This document shows positions 40,230 to 52,829 of a stretch of 64,000 nucleotides of DNA, piece after piece; within the stretch, counting starts at the first letter, position 1, and each line of letters starts with the position of its first letter. The position numbers and the translations under genes are program-made. This stretch comes from Mobula birostris (Eukaryota). Below the pieces are notes generated by a model, which worked only from the letters and a program-made list of their open reading frames with translations, did not search any database and was not told the DNA's origin. The stretch is taken from assembly GCF_030028105.1 (NCBI RefSeq), contig NC_092395.1:43428459-43492458 (forward strand). Reading direction: 5' to 3'.

Positions 40230-43200
40230 GTGTAAGTCAGCCCGTGAGGCAGCGGGAGTATTTAAAAGAGAGCAGTTTGACAGACCGGGCGACGTTGTAG
40301 GGAGCGACAGAGTAGTGGGAGACAGAGTAGGTAGGCTTTGCCTCGAGAGACTTCGGCGAACAGAGGCTGAGGATGAGCTTCACTCCAAGTGAGGTAAGGC
40401 CAGGTAAGTTCCTTTAAAAGGAGAACGGCCTGCAGCGGTATTTTATTTGAAGCAAGAAAGGCGGCGAGTCTGCAGCATATTGGGTAGGTCATGACAACTG
40501 AGATCGGCCCCGTGGTTTGTTCATCCTGCAGCATGTGGGAAATCAGGATACTTCCAGTGTCCCTGACGACTATGTGTGCAGGAAATGTGTCCAGCTGCAG
40601 CTTCTGGCAGACCGCCAGTGGACGGAGCTGCGATTGGATTCATACTGGAGCATCCGTGATGCTAAGAAAGTTGTGAATAGCACGTTCAGTGAGTTGGCCA
40701 CACAGCAGGTAAAGGCTACACAGGCAGAAAGAGAATGGGTGGCCACTCAACAGCGTAGCAGTAGGCAGGCAGTGCAGGAGTCCCCTGAGGTCATCTCCAT
40801 CCTAGACAGATATACCGTTTTGGATACTGTTTGGGGAGATGTCTCATCGGGGGAGCCAGAAGCAGCCGAGTTCATGGCACCATGGGTGGCTCTGCGACAC
40901 AGGAGGGAAGGAAAGGGAGTGGGAGAGCTATAGTGATAAGGGATTCGATTATAAGGGGAATAGACACATGTTTCTGTGGCTGGAAATGAGACTCCAGGAG
41001 GGTATGTTGCCTCCCTGGTGCAAGGGTCAAGGATGTCTCCAAGCAACTGCAGGACATTCTGGAGTGGGAGGGTGAACAGCCAGTTGTTGTGGTGCACATA
41101 GGTAAAAAATGATATGGGTAAAAAACGGGACGAGATCCTACAAGGTGAATTTAGGGAGTGAGGAGATAAACTAAAAAGTGGGACCACAAAGGTAATAATC
41201 TCTGGATTACTTACTACCAGTGCCACGTGCTAGTCAGAGTAGAAACAGGAGGATATATCAGATTAATACATGGCTTGAAAATTGGTGCAAGGGGGAGGGA
41301 TTCAAATTTCAGGGGCATTGGACCAGTTCTGGAGGAGGTGGGACCCGTACAAACAGGACGGTCTGCACCTGGGCTGGATTGGAACCAATGTCTTAGGGGA
41401 AGTGTTTGCTACTGTTGTTCAGGAGGATTTAAACTAAGGTGACAGGGGGATGGGAACAAGTGCAGAGAGACAGAGGGGTGTAAAATGAGGGTAGAAGCAA
41501 AAAGTAGTAAGGTGAAAAGTAAAAGTGGCAGACCAGCAAATCCAGGGCAAAAATCAAAAAGGGCCACATTTCAACATAATTTTATAAGGGCTAAGAGTGT
41601 TGTAAAAACAAGCCTGAAGGCTTTGTGTGTCAATGCAAAGAGCATTCGTAACAAGGTGGATGAATTGAATGTGCAGATAGTTATTAATAAATATGATATA
41701 GTTGGGATCACAGAGACATGTCTCCAGGGTGACCAAGGATGGGAGCTCATCATTCAGGGATATTCAGTATTCAGGAGGGATAGACATGAAAGAAAAGGAG
41801 GTCGGGTAGCATTGCTGTTTGGAGAGGAGATTAACACAATAGAAAGGAAGGACATTAGCCTGGAGGATGTGGAATTGATATGGGTAGAGCTGCATAACAC
41901 TAAGGGGCAGAAGACGCTGGTGGGATTTGCATACAGGCCACCCAACAGTAGTAGTGAGGTTGGGGTTGGCATTAAACAGGAAATTAGAAATGCGTGCAAT
42001 AAAGGAACAACAGTTATAATGGGTGACTTCAATCTACATTTAGATTGGGTGAACCAAATTGGTAAGGGTGCTGAGGAAGAGGATTTCTTGGAATGTATGC
42101 GGGATAGTTTTCTGAACCAACATGTCGAGGAACCAGCGAGACAGCAGGCCATTCTAGACTGGGTATTGAGTAATGAGGAGGGGTTGGTTAGCAATCTTGT
42201 CATGTGAGGCCCCTTGGGTAAGAGTGACCATGATATGGCGGAATTCTTCATTAAGATGGAGAGTCACATAGTTAATTCAGAAACAAAGGTTCTGAACTTA
42301 AAGAAGGGTATGAGACGTGAATTAGTTAAGATAGACTGGCAAATGACACTTAAAGGGTTGACGATGGATATACAATGGCAAACATTTAAAGATCACATGG
42401 ATGAACTACAACAATTCTTCATCTCAGTTTCTCAAAAGAATAAACCAGGGAAGGTAGTGCACCCGTAGCTGACAAGGGAAATTAAGGATAGTATCAATTC
42501 CAAAGAAGAAACAGACAAATTAGCCAGAAAAAGCAGCACACCTGAGGACTGGGAGAAATTCAGAGTCCAGCAAAGGAGGACAAAGGGCTTAATTAGGAAA
42601 GGGAAAAAAGATTATGAGAGAAAACTGGCATGGAACATATAACTGACTGTAAAAGCTTTTACAGATATGTGAAAAGAAAAAGATTGGTTAAGACAAATGT
42701 AAGTCCCTTACAGTCAGAAACAGGTGAATTGATCATGGGGAACAAGGACATTGCAGAGCAATTGAATAACTACTTTGGTTCTGTCTTCACTATGGAGGAC
42801 ATAAATAATCTTCCGGAAATAGTAGGGGACCGAGGGTCTAGTGAGATGGAGGAACTGAGGGAAATACATGTTAGTAGGGAAGTGGTGTTAGGTAAATTGA
42901 AGGGATTGAAGGCAGATAAATCCCCGGGCCAGATGGTCTGCATCCCAGAGTGCTTAATGAAGGATCACAAGAAATAGTGGATGCATTAGTGATAATTTTT
43001 CAAAACTCTTCAAATTCTGGATTAGTTCCTGAGGATTGGAGGGTTGCTAATGTAACCCTGCCTTTTAAAAAAGGAGTGAGAGAGAAGCTAGGGAATTACA
43101 GACCAGTAACCCTGACTTCGGTGGTGGGGAAAATGCTAGAGTCAGTTATCAAAGATGTGATAACAGCACATTTGGAAAGCGGTGAAATCATCTGACAAAT

Positions 43201-44468
43201 CTCATAGAATTTTCTGAGGATGTAACTAGTAGAGTGGATAGGGGAGAACCGGTGGGTGTGGTATATTTGGATTTTCAAAAGGCTTTTGACAAGGTCCCAC
43301 ACAGGAGATTAGTGTGCAAACTTAAAGCACACGGTATTGAGGGTAAGGTATTGATGTGGATAAAGAATTGGTTGGCAGACAGGAAGCAAAGAGTGGGAAT
43401 AAACGGGACCTTTTCAGAATGGCAGGCAGTGACTAGTGGGGTACCTCAAGGCTCAGTGCTGGGACCCCAGTTGTTTACAATATATATTAATGACTTAGGC
43501 GAGGGAATTAAATGCAGCATTTCCAAGTTTGCAGATGACACGAAACTGGGCGGCAGTGTTAGCTGTGAGGAGGATGCTAAGAGGATGCAGGGTGACTTGG
43601 ATAGGTTAGGTGAGTGGGCAAATTCATGGCAGATGCAATTTAATGTGAATAAATGTGAGGTTATCTTCTTTGGTGGCAAGAACAGGAAAACAGATTATTA
43701 TCTGAATAGTGGCCGATTAGGAAAAGGGGAGGTGCAACGAGACCTGGGTGTCATTGTGCACCAGTCATTGAAAGTGGGCATGCAGGTACAGCAGGCGGTG
43801 AAAAAGGCGTTTGGTATGTTGGCATTTATAGCCAGAGGATTCGAGTACAGGAGCAGGGAGGTACTACTGCAGTTGTACAAGGCCTTGGTAAGACCACTCC
43901 TGGAGTATTGTGTGCAGTTTTGGTCCCCTAATCTGAGGAAAGACATCCTTGCCATAGAGGGAGTACAATGAAGGATCACCAGATTGATTCCTGGGATGGC
44001 AGGACTTTCATATGATGAAAGTCTGTATCGACTAGGCTTATACTCTCTGGAATTTAGAAGATTGAAGGGGAATCTTATTGAAATGTATAAAATTCTAAAG
44101 GGATTGGACAGGCTAGATGCAGGAAGATTTTTCCCGATGTTGGGGAAGTCCAGAACAAGGGGTCACAGTTTAAGTATAAAGGGGAAGCCTTTTAGTGCCA
44201 AGATGAGGAAAAACTTCTTCACACAGAGAGTGGTGAATCTATGGAATTCTCTGCCACAGGAAACAGTTGAGGCCAGTTCATTGGCTATATTTAAGAAGGA
44301 GTTATATATGGCCCTTGTGGCTAAAGGGATCAAGGGGTATGGAGAGAAGGCAGGTACAGGATTCTGAGTTGGATGATCAGCTATGATCATACTGAATGGC
44401 AGTGCAGGCTCAAAGTGCCGAATGGCCTTCTCCTGCGCCTATTTTCTAGGTTTCTATGTGTTCTATGT
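40230..44468 (+). mobile_element. Near full-length CR1 LINE, ORFs disrupted
   Basis: ORF1; endonuclease (LCVNAKSIRNKVDEL, MGDFN); RT (YLDFQKAFDKVPH, GVPQGSVLGP, FADDTKL); ttctatg tail at 44443-44468. Confidence 0.95.
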
Positions 44469-45844
44469 AGCCTGAGAGACATGTCAGACAGTGCTGATAT
44501 CTCACAGCTTCAGCAACCTGGATTTGGTTCTGAGCTTGTCCATGTGAAATTTGTATGTTCTCTCTGTGACCATTGAGTTCCCCACTGATGTTCTGTTTTC
44601 CTTGTACAGTGAAGATATGGTACTGTAAATTGCACCTCATTGCAATGACGCAACCAAAGAATCAAATGATGTTTGATGGCATGTGTGAGTAAACTGGAAC
44701 TGGCATCAACGGGGTTACTCTATTGGGAGGTTGTAGGGACTCAATGGGCTGAATGGCCTTATTAGGTGTTTCCCTAAATAACAATTCCACTGTTTATGCT
44801 GTAATATTTGAATACTGACATCTTTTCAGTGTAACATTATGACAAATGATAATTATTTTTAACCAGTAGAGGTGCAGAGATATCACGAACTGAGAAGAAG
44901 TTGGTGTGAGATATCTGTGATGGGATTGATGGGTCTTGACCATTGCATAAATATGTTATTTTTCACCAGGAACCTCGGGCTGCAATGCCTGTGTTGTGGG
45001 AAATCGAAACTGGGATCCCACTCAACACAATAAATGATGGAGCACTCAGAAAGTGAAATCCTTCCTCCAGGCGATGATGCTGTTTAACTTGGATTCAGCG
45101 TTGTAGATATTCCATCAGCTGGACAGCTCCTGACAACTTCACTAAAGATGGAGTCATCTGATTCTTTTCCTTGTGATGGAAGGAAGATTCTATGTGCTAC
45201 TGCCAATCAGATCTGAGCTGGCACTGAGCTGCCTATCTACAAAACGTAGATAGAATGGATCAGAATGGTCCAAGGGATGGTTATTTTGAACTGAGGTCCA
45301 GCGCTGCTCAGTAAGGTGAGTTCTTACAGTCAGTGATGTGTCGTGAAAGCAAGTAGGTAGATTTCCTTATGAACATTGACTTAGGAGAGGAAGTAGATTG
45401 CTCAGCCCTTTGAACCTGCTCTGCCATTCAATCACATTATGGCTGATCTTGCTGTAACCTTAAAGCCCCGTTACTCCATGATCCAATAACTTTTCACCCT
45501 CTTACTGATTTTACAATGTGATTTGTTTCTGCTTCCACAGCCTTGGAGAAAATGAGTTCCCAAGGTTTGTGTTTCTCTGGGAGAGAAGCAAACATTGATT
45601 CACATCTGTCCGAAATAGCCAGACCCTGAATTTTAAACACAAACACCATGTTCTAGATGCTCCTACACGAGGAAACACCTTGCTGAGATCCCACCAGAGA
45701 TGATGATCCAATTAATTTCCCTTTCAGCCTTCAAAATTCCGATGGATACAGTCCTCAATTTCCCTCACAAGATGACCTATACATCAGAGTAGTGAATCCA
45801 GTAAAAGGGGAGAAATGGGAGTGAAATGAGTGTTCCTGCTTCCT

Positions 45845-46010
45845 GCTAGCCAGCTGATGGTGCAGTGGCATCTGTACCAGACTTCAAGGTGAGTGGTCTC
45901 TAGTTTGAACCCAGCCAGCTCCTTGCACACTTTACATCCGTGCTGCATTGAGCGTCGAGCTAGCAACTTGGCCTCATTAAAAACAGGCAAGTGCAAAAGA
46001 AACTGCAAAG
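45845..46010 (+). mobile_element. tRNA-derived SINE fragment
   Basis: A/B-box-like tgatggtgcagtgg ... agtttgaaccc. Confidence 0.5.
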
Positions 46011-46079
46011 AGTATTTTCAGTACAGCAGATGAGATCTCACTAGTCCTCCTTTCAACAGAAACACAGATTGCTGTATTC

Positions 46080-47640
46080 AGATACGCTACCTGGACCTGA
46101 TAGATAAGACACCTGGACGAGATGGACTACAACCCAGGTTTCTGAAAGAGGTAGTTGAGAAGATTATTGAGTTGAGGCATTAGTAGTGATCCTTCAAGAA
46201 TCACTAGATTCAGCAATGGTTTTGGAAGAACGGAAAATTACAACTGTTACTCTGCTCGTCAAGGAGGGAAGGATGCAAAAAACAGGAAATTATAGGCCAG
46301 TTAGTCTGACTTCAGAGGTTGGCGAGATGTTACAGTCCTTTATTAAGTATGAGTTTCGGGTACTTGGAGACACTTGATAAAATAGGCCAAAGTCAGCATG
46401 GTTTCCTAAAAGGGAATCTTGCCTGTGAAATCTGCTTGAATTCTTTGAGGAAATAACAGGTAGGATGGACAAAAGAGAATAAGGGTAAGTTATTTTACTT
46501 GGATTTTCAGAAGCGTTCAAAAAGGTGCCGCACATGAGGCTGATAAACAAGATAAGATCCCATAGTATTACAGGACAGATACTAGCATGGACAGAAGATT
46601 GGTTGACTGGCAGGAGACAAAGAGGGAGAATAAAGGGGACCTTTAGTGGTTGACTGCTGATGACTAGTGGTGTTCCGCAGGAGTCAGTGTTGGGACCACA
46701 TGTGTTCACGTTATATGTCAATGATTTAGATGATGAAATCAATAACTTTGTAGCAAAGTTTGTGGATGATACAAAGATAGGTGGAGGGGCAGGTGGTGTT
46801 GAGGATGCATATAATATGGAGAAGGACTTGGACAGATGAGGAAAATTGGCAAAAAAGTGGCAGATAGAATACAGTTTAGGGATGTATGTGTTCATACACT
46901 TCTGTGGACTATTTTCTTAACAGGGAACAATTTTAGAAATTAGACATGCTAAGAGACCTGGGAGTCTTAGAGTAGGAATCCCAAAAGATTAATTTGTAGG
47001 TTTCAATGCTGGGGCTTTATAAGGCATTGCTCATACTGCATGTGGAATATTGTGAGCAGTTTCGAGTCCCTTATCTTGAAAGTTCTGTGCTGGCATTGGA
47101 AAGGAAGTTCACGAGAATGATTTCTAGAATGATAGGGTTAAAATAAGAGTTGAATTTGATGGGTCTGGACCTGTACTTGCTGGAGTTTTGAGGAATCGGG
47201 GTGGGGGTGTTTGGAATCTCATTGAAACCTGTTGAATATTGAAAAACCTAGTAGAGTGGACGTGAAAAGGATGTTTCCAATAGTGGGAGAATCTAGGACC
47301 AGAGGACAGAGCCTCAGATTACAAGGATGTCACTTCAAAACAGAGTTGAGGAATTTGTTTATCCAGAGAATGGTGAACATGTGAAATTCATTACCTGAGA
47401 CACTGTAGAATCCATTTCAATGGGTATATTTAAAGCAGAGATTGATAGCTTCTTGATGAATAAGTGCATGAAAGTGTACAGGGAGAAGACAGGCAAATGG
47501 TGTTGAGAAGGATAATTAATCAACAATGGCAGGACAGAGTCGATGGGCCAAATTATCTGATTCAACGACTATGTTTCCTATGGTTATTAATGAAGCAGCA
47601 GGTGGAATGTACAGCATCAGGAAATGTTGCATTGATATCC
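46080..47640 (+). mobile_element. Older CR1 3' half
   Basis: GNYRPVSLTS; GVPQESVLGP; FVDDTKIG; gggccaaattatctg tail region. Confidence 0.8.
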
Positions 47641-48838
47641 TGGAACTGGGATGTTTGATATAGAATAACCACAACATCTTATTCTGGTGAGATATGATTC
47701 CAGTCACTGCTATGTTTTCATCATGATATCCATTGATTTTAGTGTTACCAAGACTTGATGGCATGTTTGAGAACAAACGGACACTACTGGGGTTGCTCTT
47801 TTGGGAGCTTACATGGTCCCAATGTGCTCAATGGCCTCATGATTTATTTTCATAAATTCCACCATAGGACCACAGGACAGAGGAGCAGAAACCGGCCATT
47901 GGGCTCATTGAGTCGGTAGCACTATTCCATCGTTGCTGATTTGTTATCCCTCTCAAACCCATTCTTCTCCCTTCTCCCTGTAACCTTTGACACGTTTTCT
48001 AATCAAGAAAATATCAACCTCCATTTTATGTAACGAGCTGGTGGGGAGGGCAAGGATGAATTAAAGTAGGAACGGGTTCGGGAAATAAATGCAGTAGTGC
48101 TGTAAATGGAGAGAGGTTGAGAGTTCAGCCTAGGAAGCATTTGTTGGGTGTCGGAAGGAGAAGAGAGAGGACGAGAGTGCGGCTGAGACAGTAGGGGAAG
48201 GGAGATCAGGAACTAATGTGAAACAAATCCTTAACTATTCTGTCTCTGGACTCTTGCATTCGCATACTGTCACCCAATAGATAGTCGAGAAACAGGTTTA
48301 AACTTCTGACCAGGCAATTTTCATCCCTTGTGACCCAACCATTTCAGATAGCCAGACTTTCCAGTTTGTGTCAATATCGGTCACTTCTGGCGAAACCTCA
48401 TGAGCTCAGAACGTAACTACAATTTATTCCTCTCTCCAGCAACGCTGCCCAGGAGCCTGGAAATTTGCAGCCACGATTATGTTCATTTCCTTTATTAACC
48501 TTCCCAAAACCAACTGTTTCGTTCTTCTTTTACACCACAGCCTTGCAAGTCAACCCACCACCCTGTCCCCGATTCTCAGCAATGGAACCTCCTTTCCTTC
48601 TTTGCTGATATACGGTGCCCTAGGCTGCCGCACTGATTTCCTAAAGTACACCAAGCCAGTCACGAACGAGAGCAGAGAGACGAATCTCCTCCCTCTTCCC
48701 TCCTCCCACTCAGTGTCAGAATTGGAAAACCAAGAAAGATGACGAAACGCACACTCGGGAGTCGCTCCTGCACTGATCATATTTATTAGTAATTAGTTAC
48801 CGTCGGTCAGTCTGATCATGATGACGAATCACAGAGCA

Positions 48839-48844
48839 TTTATT
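48839..48844 (-). terminator. AATAAA poly(A) signal of IgL (second candidate at 48782-48787)
   Basis: tttatt on plus strand ~280 nt past the stop codon. Confidence 0.6.
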
Positions 48845-49122
48845 AATCATTCAAACTAATCCAACACCGATGCAAGAGAAAACCAAATACCGCCTGAAAT
48901 GTCCAGAAGACAAGTAACTGTCCGCTTTAACACCGTGTAGCCTCTCAGTCGGAACAAGATCAAAATCAGCGGGTACAAATATTCCAACACCACAGTGGAA
49001 ACTACAGAGAGCGGAACAGAAGGGAAGTACAGTGAAGAGCGAGTAAGAGTGGTAGAGGTGAAAGATACAAGGCCATGATCTCCCGTTAATCGGGGACAAA
49101 CAAGACCGAAGCCGCGCTCTGT

Positions 49123-49445
49123 TTAACAGTTGGATTGTGTGACTGTTGCGGATATTGTCGAGGCTGCTCCTTGTTGAACTGAGCAGGAGTACCTCTTCCC
49201 ACTGTTCCAGTCTGCGCCGGGCACCGTCAGGTAGCTGCTGAGACTGAAGGTCTTGTCCGCGTTCTGAGTCACCCCGCTGGTTTGCACCTCACTGCTCGTC
49301 GGACTGTCGTTCACTGTCCAGCTGACGACAGGGAAGCCGATCGACAATTTACTGACCAGGCAAGCTAAGGTGCCCGATCCTTTAGCGGAGATCTCCTCGG
49401 CCGAAGGCCCAAGTAGTTTCACTGAAGGGTCCGGGAGCTGCCGAT
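49123..49445 (-). CDS. IgL constant exon (C1-set), terminal Cys for the H-L disulfide
   Basis: ttcccgttgcag acceptor; ORF 49123..49422 (TLACLVS...VSW...FSLSSYLTV...W...YSC...SNC*). Confidence 0.95.
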
Positions 49446-51056
49446 CTGCAACGGGAACAAGAGAAAACGTGTTTCAAGGCGCATAGAAGCTCTCGTCATT
49501 TCACAGTTTGACAGAAGCGTAATTAAAAAGTTTCAGCTTTATTGAGTTGAGCCCAGAGTCTCACCAAGGGACAAGACAGTTCCCATGGAGGACGGTGCAT
49601 GAAGATCAACACGGAAAAACTAGAAATCTACTGCAACCGGTGAGGCTGTTAGTCTCTGAGTCATTCACGGAGTTGAAAGACACACTGGCATCAAAGCGCC
49701 CCAGAGTAGTTTAATGTGCCCACTCTCGGTGCCATCAGTGACACATTCCTACTCTTCCCTCCGGCCAGCCCACCCATCATTAATGAGAATATATATGTTA
49801 CAATCTGCTCTGCCCCAGTGGGCGAGGACACTAAATGCGCGGTCCTGAGCTCCATGGAGTGGGTCAGTATAGACCGCTCTGTGATCTGTGATAATGTCGA
49901 ACGATTCGGCTCCCACTCACATGGGGGACGGGAGGCTGGATTCTCCGCAGAATCGGAGCACCGGCCATAGTCGGTGTAGTGACTGGGATCGATGAGCAAC
50001 GGTTCTGGGGAAGGAGCAGCTCTCACGTGAATCGGTGGCGGGTGAGAGAAGGCAGGGACTGGGCAGTGGGAGAGGGTCTTTTTTAGGGATGGGTGCTGGA
50101 GGAGAGTTCCACCCTCACTGGGAGGGCAGGACGTTTCGCTGGAATGTTCGAATTAATAAATTGAAACTTGTCGTTCTGCAGTGTTCGCAACTACGGCCTG
50201 TCATTTGCCGGTAAAGCCCTGTCCCCACTGACGACTTTTGCCCCACTTTAGGAAGATGGATCCCTTCACGTCCGTTCCAATTAAACCAACACAAAAACAG
50301 ACAAACTAAAACTAGAGCAGAAGTAAAACGAATGAACAGAAAGTTTGTCCGAAAACACAACCGAAAAGAGAAATGCTTCATTAAAATACGGAAGCAATTC
50401 TCTTAACCCAACTCTATCGAGCAAAACTGACGCTGGACACGAACACGATTAGATTGTAAATTAACATTTTCATTGTAAAATTCGCTAGGGAATTATAACT
50501 TATAACTGGTTAATTGACGGGTATTTATGCCGTGGTCACCGCAGGAGATATTTATCGGACACTTACCTGTAACAAAGAGCTTGGTCCCTGGGCCGAATAC
50601 CCCGTAGCCACTACCAGTTGAAAACCACTTTCCGCAGTAATAGACGGCAGCGTCACTCATCTCCACGTTTTTTATGATTAACTGGTAAACGGTGCCGGCG
50701 CTGTTGGATGTCGACGTGAAACGGTCGCTACTAAACCCAGGCCCGTAGGTCGGGGCGCTATGCGATTTATAGTAGTACAGGATCCATTGTGGAACTGTTC
50801 CCGGTGTCTGCTTGTACCAACCTACATTATAGCCATCATCTTTTCCGATGTTACAACTCAGCGTGGCCGTGGCTCCTGGACTCACCGACATGGTCGGAGG
50901 CTGAGTCAGAGTCTGGGACTCTCCACCTGTGAAAGACAGGAATTCAACTTTAACATTGACTCTTTAATGTGACCCCAAGACCCACCTCAGCAACCACTGC
51001 CTGTACTTACAGCCCAGCCACACTGCCAGAGACCAGAAAAAGCACAGCGTCCGCAT
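49123..51056 (-). CDS. IgL-sigma: Immunoglobulin light chain, sigma isotype, germline-joined VJ; 3 exons (51011-51056, 50567-50926, 49123-49445), 242 aa
   Basis: 46+360+323=729 nt open frame with GT/AG introns: MRTLCFFWSLAVWLGCGES|QTLTQPP...SC...W...YGPGFSSDRFTSTSNSAGTVYQLIIKN...YYCGKWFSTGSGYGVFGPGTKLFVT-DRQLPDPSV...CLVSKLSIG...W...YSCSVQQG...QSNC*. Long CDR2 and the YGPGFSS..F.ST.N.AGT.YQLI.KN motif match amphibian/teleost/shark sigma chains as recalled. Confidence 0.92.
50567..50926 (-). CDS. Fused V-J exon
   Basis: ctttcacag acceptor; canonical Cys, Trp and YYC; FGPGTKL J motif in the same frame; G|GTAAGT donor; no heptamer/nonamer between V and J. Confidence 0.95.
51011..51056 (-). CDS. 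IgL leader exon
   Basis: ATG at 51056, 46 nt (MRTLCFFWSLAVWLG + 1 nt), then GTAAGT donor; 84-nt intron. Confidence 0.93.
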
Positions 51057-51135
51057 CGTTGCTGCCCGTCAGCTTCCTGCCTCCTGTCTGCCCGTGGATC
51101 TGTGACTGACTGGCCGCCGCTGCCAATGGAGCCCA

Positions 51136-51141
51136 GTTATA
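51136..51141 (-). promoter_or_regulatory. TATA-like box (TATAAC)
   Basis: 27 nt downstream of the octamer, upstream of the leader. Confidence 0.7.
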
Positions 51142-51168
51142 GAGCCATTCACACCGGGGAGGAAATCG

Positions 51169-51178
51169 ATGCAAATCA
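51169..51178 (-). promoter_or_regulatory. Ig light-chain decamer/octamer TGATTTGCAT
   Basis: Plus strand atgcaaatca; light-chain orientation, ~113 bp upstream of the ATG. Confidence 0.9.
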
Positions 51179-51421
51179 GAGTGACTGACACTGACCAACC
51201 AGAGCCGGGATCGGAAACCCTCCCATATACTGTCACATACCATCGGATTGAGGCGGCGACATTGTCAGCAACTGACTGATCCGTTAAAAACAATTTGCGA
51301 ATGAAAAAGTCATTCATTGTCTGACATTTCCCAAACTCTGCTTTCATTTCCCTGATTCCTACCTTCGGTCCACAGATGCCCCTCACACCTCCAGTGACAA
51401 CAGGACAGCACAGTGCAGGCT

Positions 51422-51556
51422 GTTGAGGGTCTCGGCCTGAAACGTCGACTGTACTGTTTTCCATAGATGCTGCCTGGCCTGCTGGGTTCCTTCAGCATTT
51501 CGTGTGTGTTGCTTGGATTTCCAGCATCTGCAGATCTTTTCTTGTTTGTGATAGAG
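51422..51556 (+). mobile_element. Short Penelope-terminus insertion upstream of the IgL promoter, 11-bp TSD CAGTGCAGGCT
   Basis: TSD 51411-51421/51557-51567. Confidence 0.85.
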
Positions 51557-52829
51557 CAGTGCAGGCTTCCTGTTCCCACATCAGTCATTCAGTCATGGAG
51601 TTCAAACCCACTTTGGCAGTTTGAGGGTTTGAATTCGTTCTAATTGTGGGGATTTAGATCAGTGCGGGAAGTATTGATTATGAATGTAAGAATTAAAAGG
51701 TTTATTCTTGTAAATGTTTTTTTTTCCAGTGTGAATAACGTTTATTTTAATGTGAAATCTAACCAATATGACCCCATTTTAGCGTTCTCCCGCTACTGGA
51801 GAGGGAGAAGCCGGATTGGGTGTGGAAACCCCTCAATTATTGTAGCAGTGTATCACCGATGGGGTCCGTGAGTGGCAACAGCCCTATTAGCTTTAAGGAA
51901 TGGAAAGGACAGTACTGAAAGCATTGGCCATGAATGTAAGAATGAAATGGCATTATATTTATGTTTTGTAAGTACTTTTTATTATGAATAAAGTTGATTT
52001 TGATGTAAAACAACCTGTCTGACAGACTGTGCCGGTCCGGTATATCCCAATTGCGGAGAGAGTACCTGGAACCTGGACAACGGGAAGTAGGGACCATTGG
52101 CGTTGCTCTGGTATTTCTCAAGGCTCGACAGAACTGGAACAAGAGGAACGAAGTAAACTGCCATCACAATGAAACTCTAATTAGCGGGAACGTGCATATT
52201 TTCGAGCACGATTGCCGAACCTGTTCCGCAGCCCGCCTTTGAGGACACGCAGTCCCTGCGGCAGAGCCCGTGGTTGTGACATGTTCTACAGAAAGGCCAC
52301 AGGTAGCACAGCCTCCCAGAATTTGCTGTCCTCCGTCCCCAGGCGACAGCAAGCGGGAGAGTCAGGACCAAACAATGACCTGGAGAAGCTGACTGGCTCT
52401 ATTCATTATTTCCAATCGAATAAAAATCTCAGATTCCGATACTCGGTTCCGAGGGACCTGCTGGAAATGCCCAATTCTATGTTTCTAACTGGCGCATGGC
52501 AGACTCCATGAAAAAAGGGGTATTCATTTTTTTCTTAAATACAAATAAAGGGCATCCAGAGCTTTATAACTAGCCTGCTAGAAAATTTTGCTTTCAAACT
52601 TTCCGCTTTTAAATATTGATCAAAAGCGAAATCGAGCAGAAACAATTGTGACGGTGTCCGCTGGAGAGAGAAACAGGGTTTGAATATCTGACTTTCATCA
52701 GAGACAATGATACCTTATTTTATATTTAGAAGGCCAGTTGAGTTGTAACTATCAATCAGTCTGGCCATTTGATATAACATAAGTATGGTGTGCATATCTA
52801 CCCAATCGGAACTGATTTCTAAACAGAGT

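Noticed and set aside
41485-44367. Long RT/endonuclease ORFs as host genes or an active element
   Set aside because: CR1 ORF2 with stops, frameshifts and a short deletion near 43190.
49691-50026. ORFs on both strands in the J-C intron
   Set aside because: No recognisable domain or splice support; only weak resemblance to Tx1.
50291-50299. ACAAAAACA nonamer-like sequence in the J-C intron (leftover RSS?)
   Set aside because: No CACAGTG-like heptamer at 12 or 23 bp spacing.
50493-50566. ORF-track extension KCPINISCGD... after J
   Set aside because: Read-through into the intron past the GTAAGT donor.
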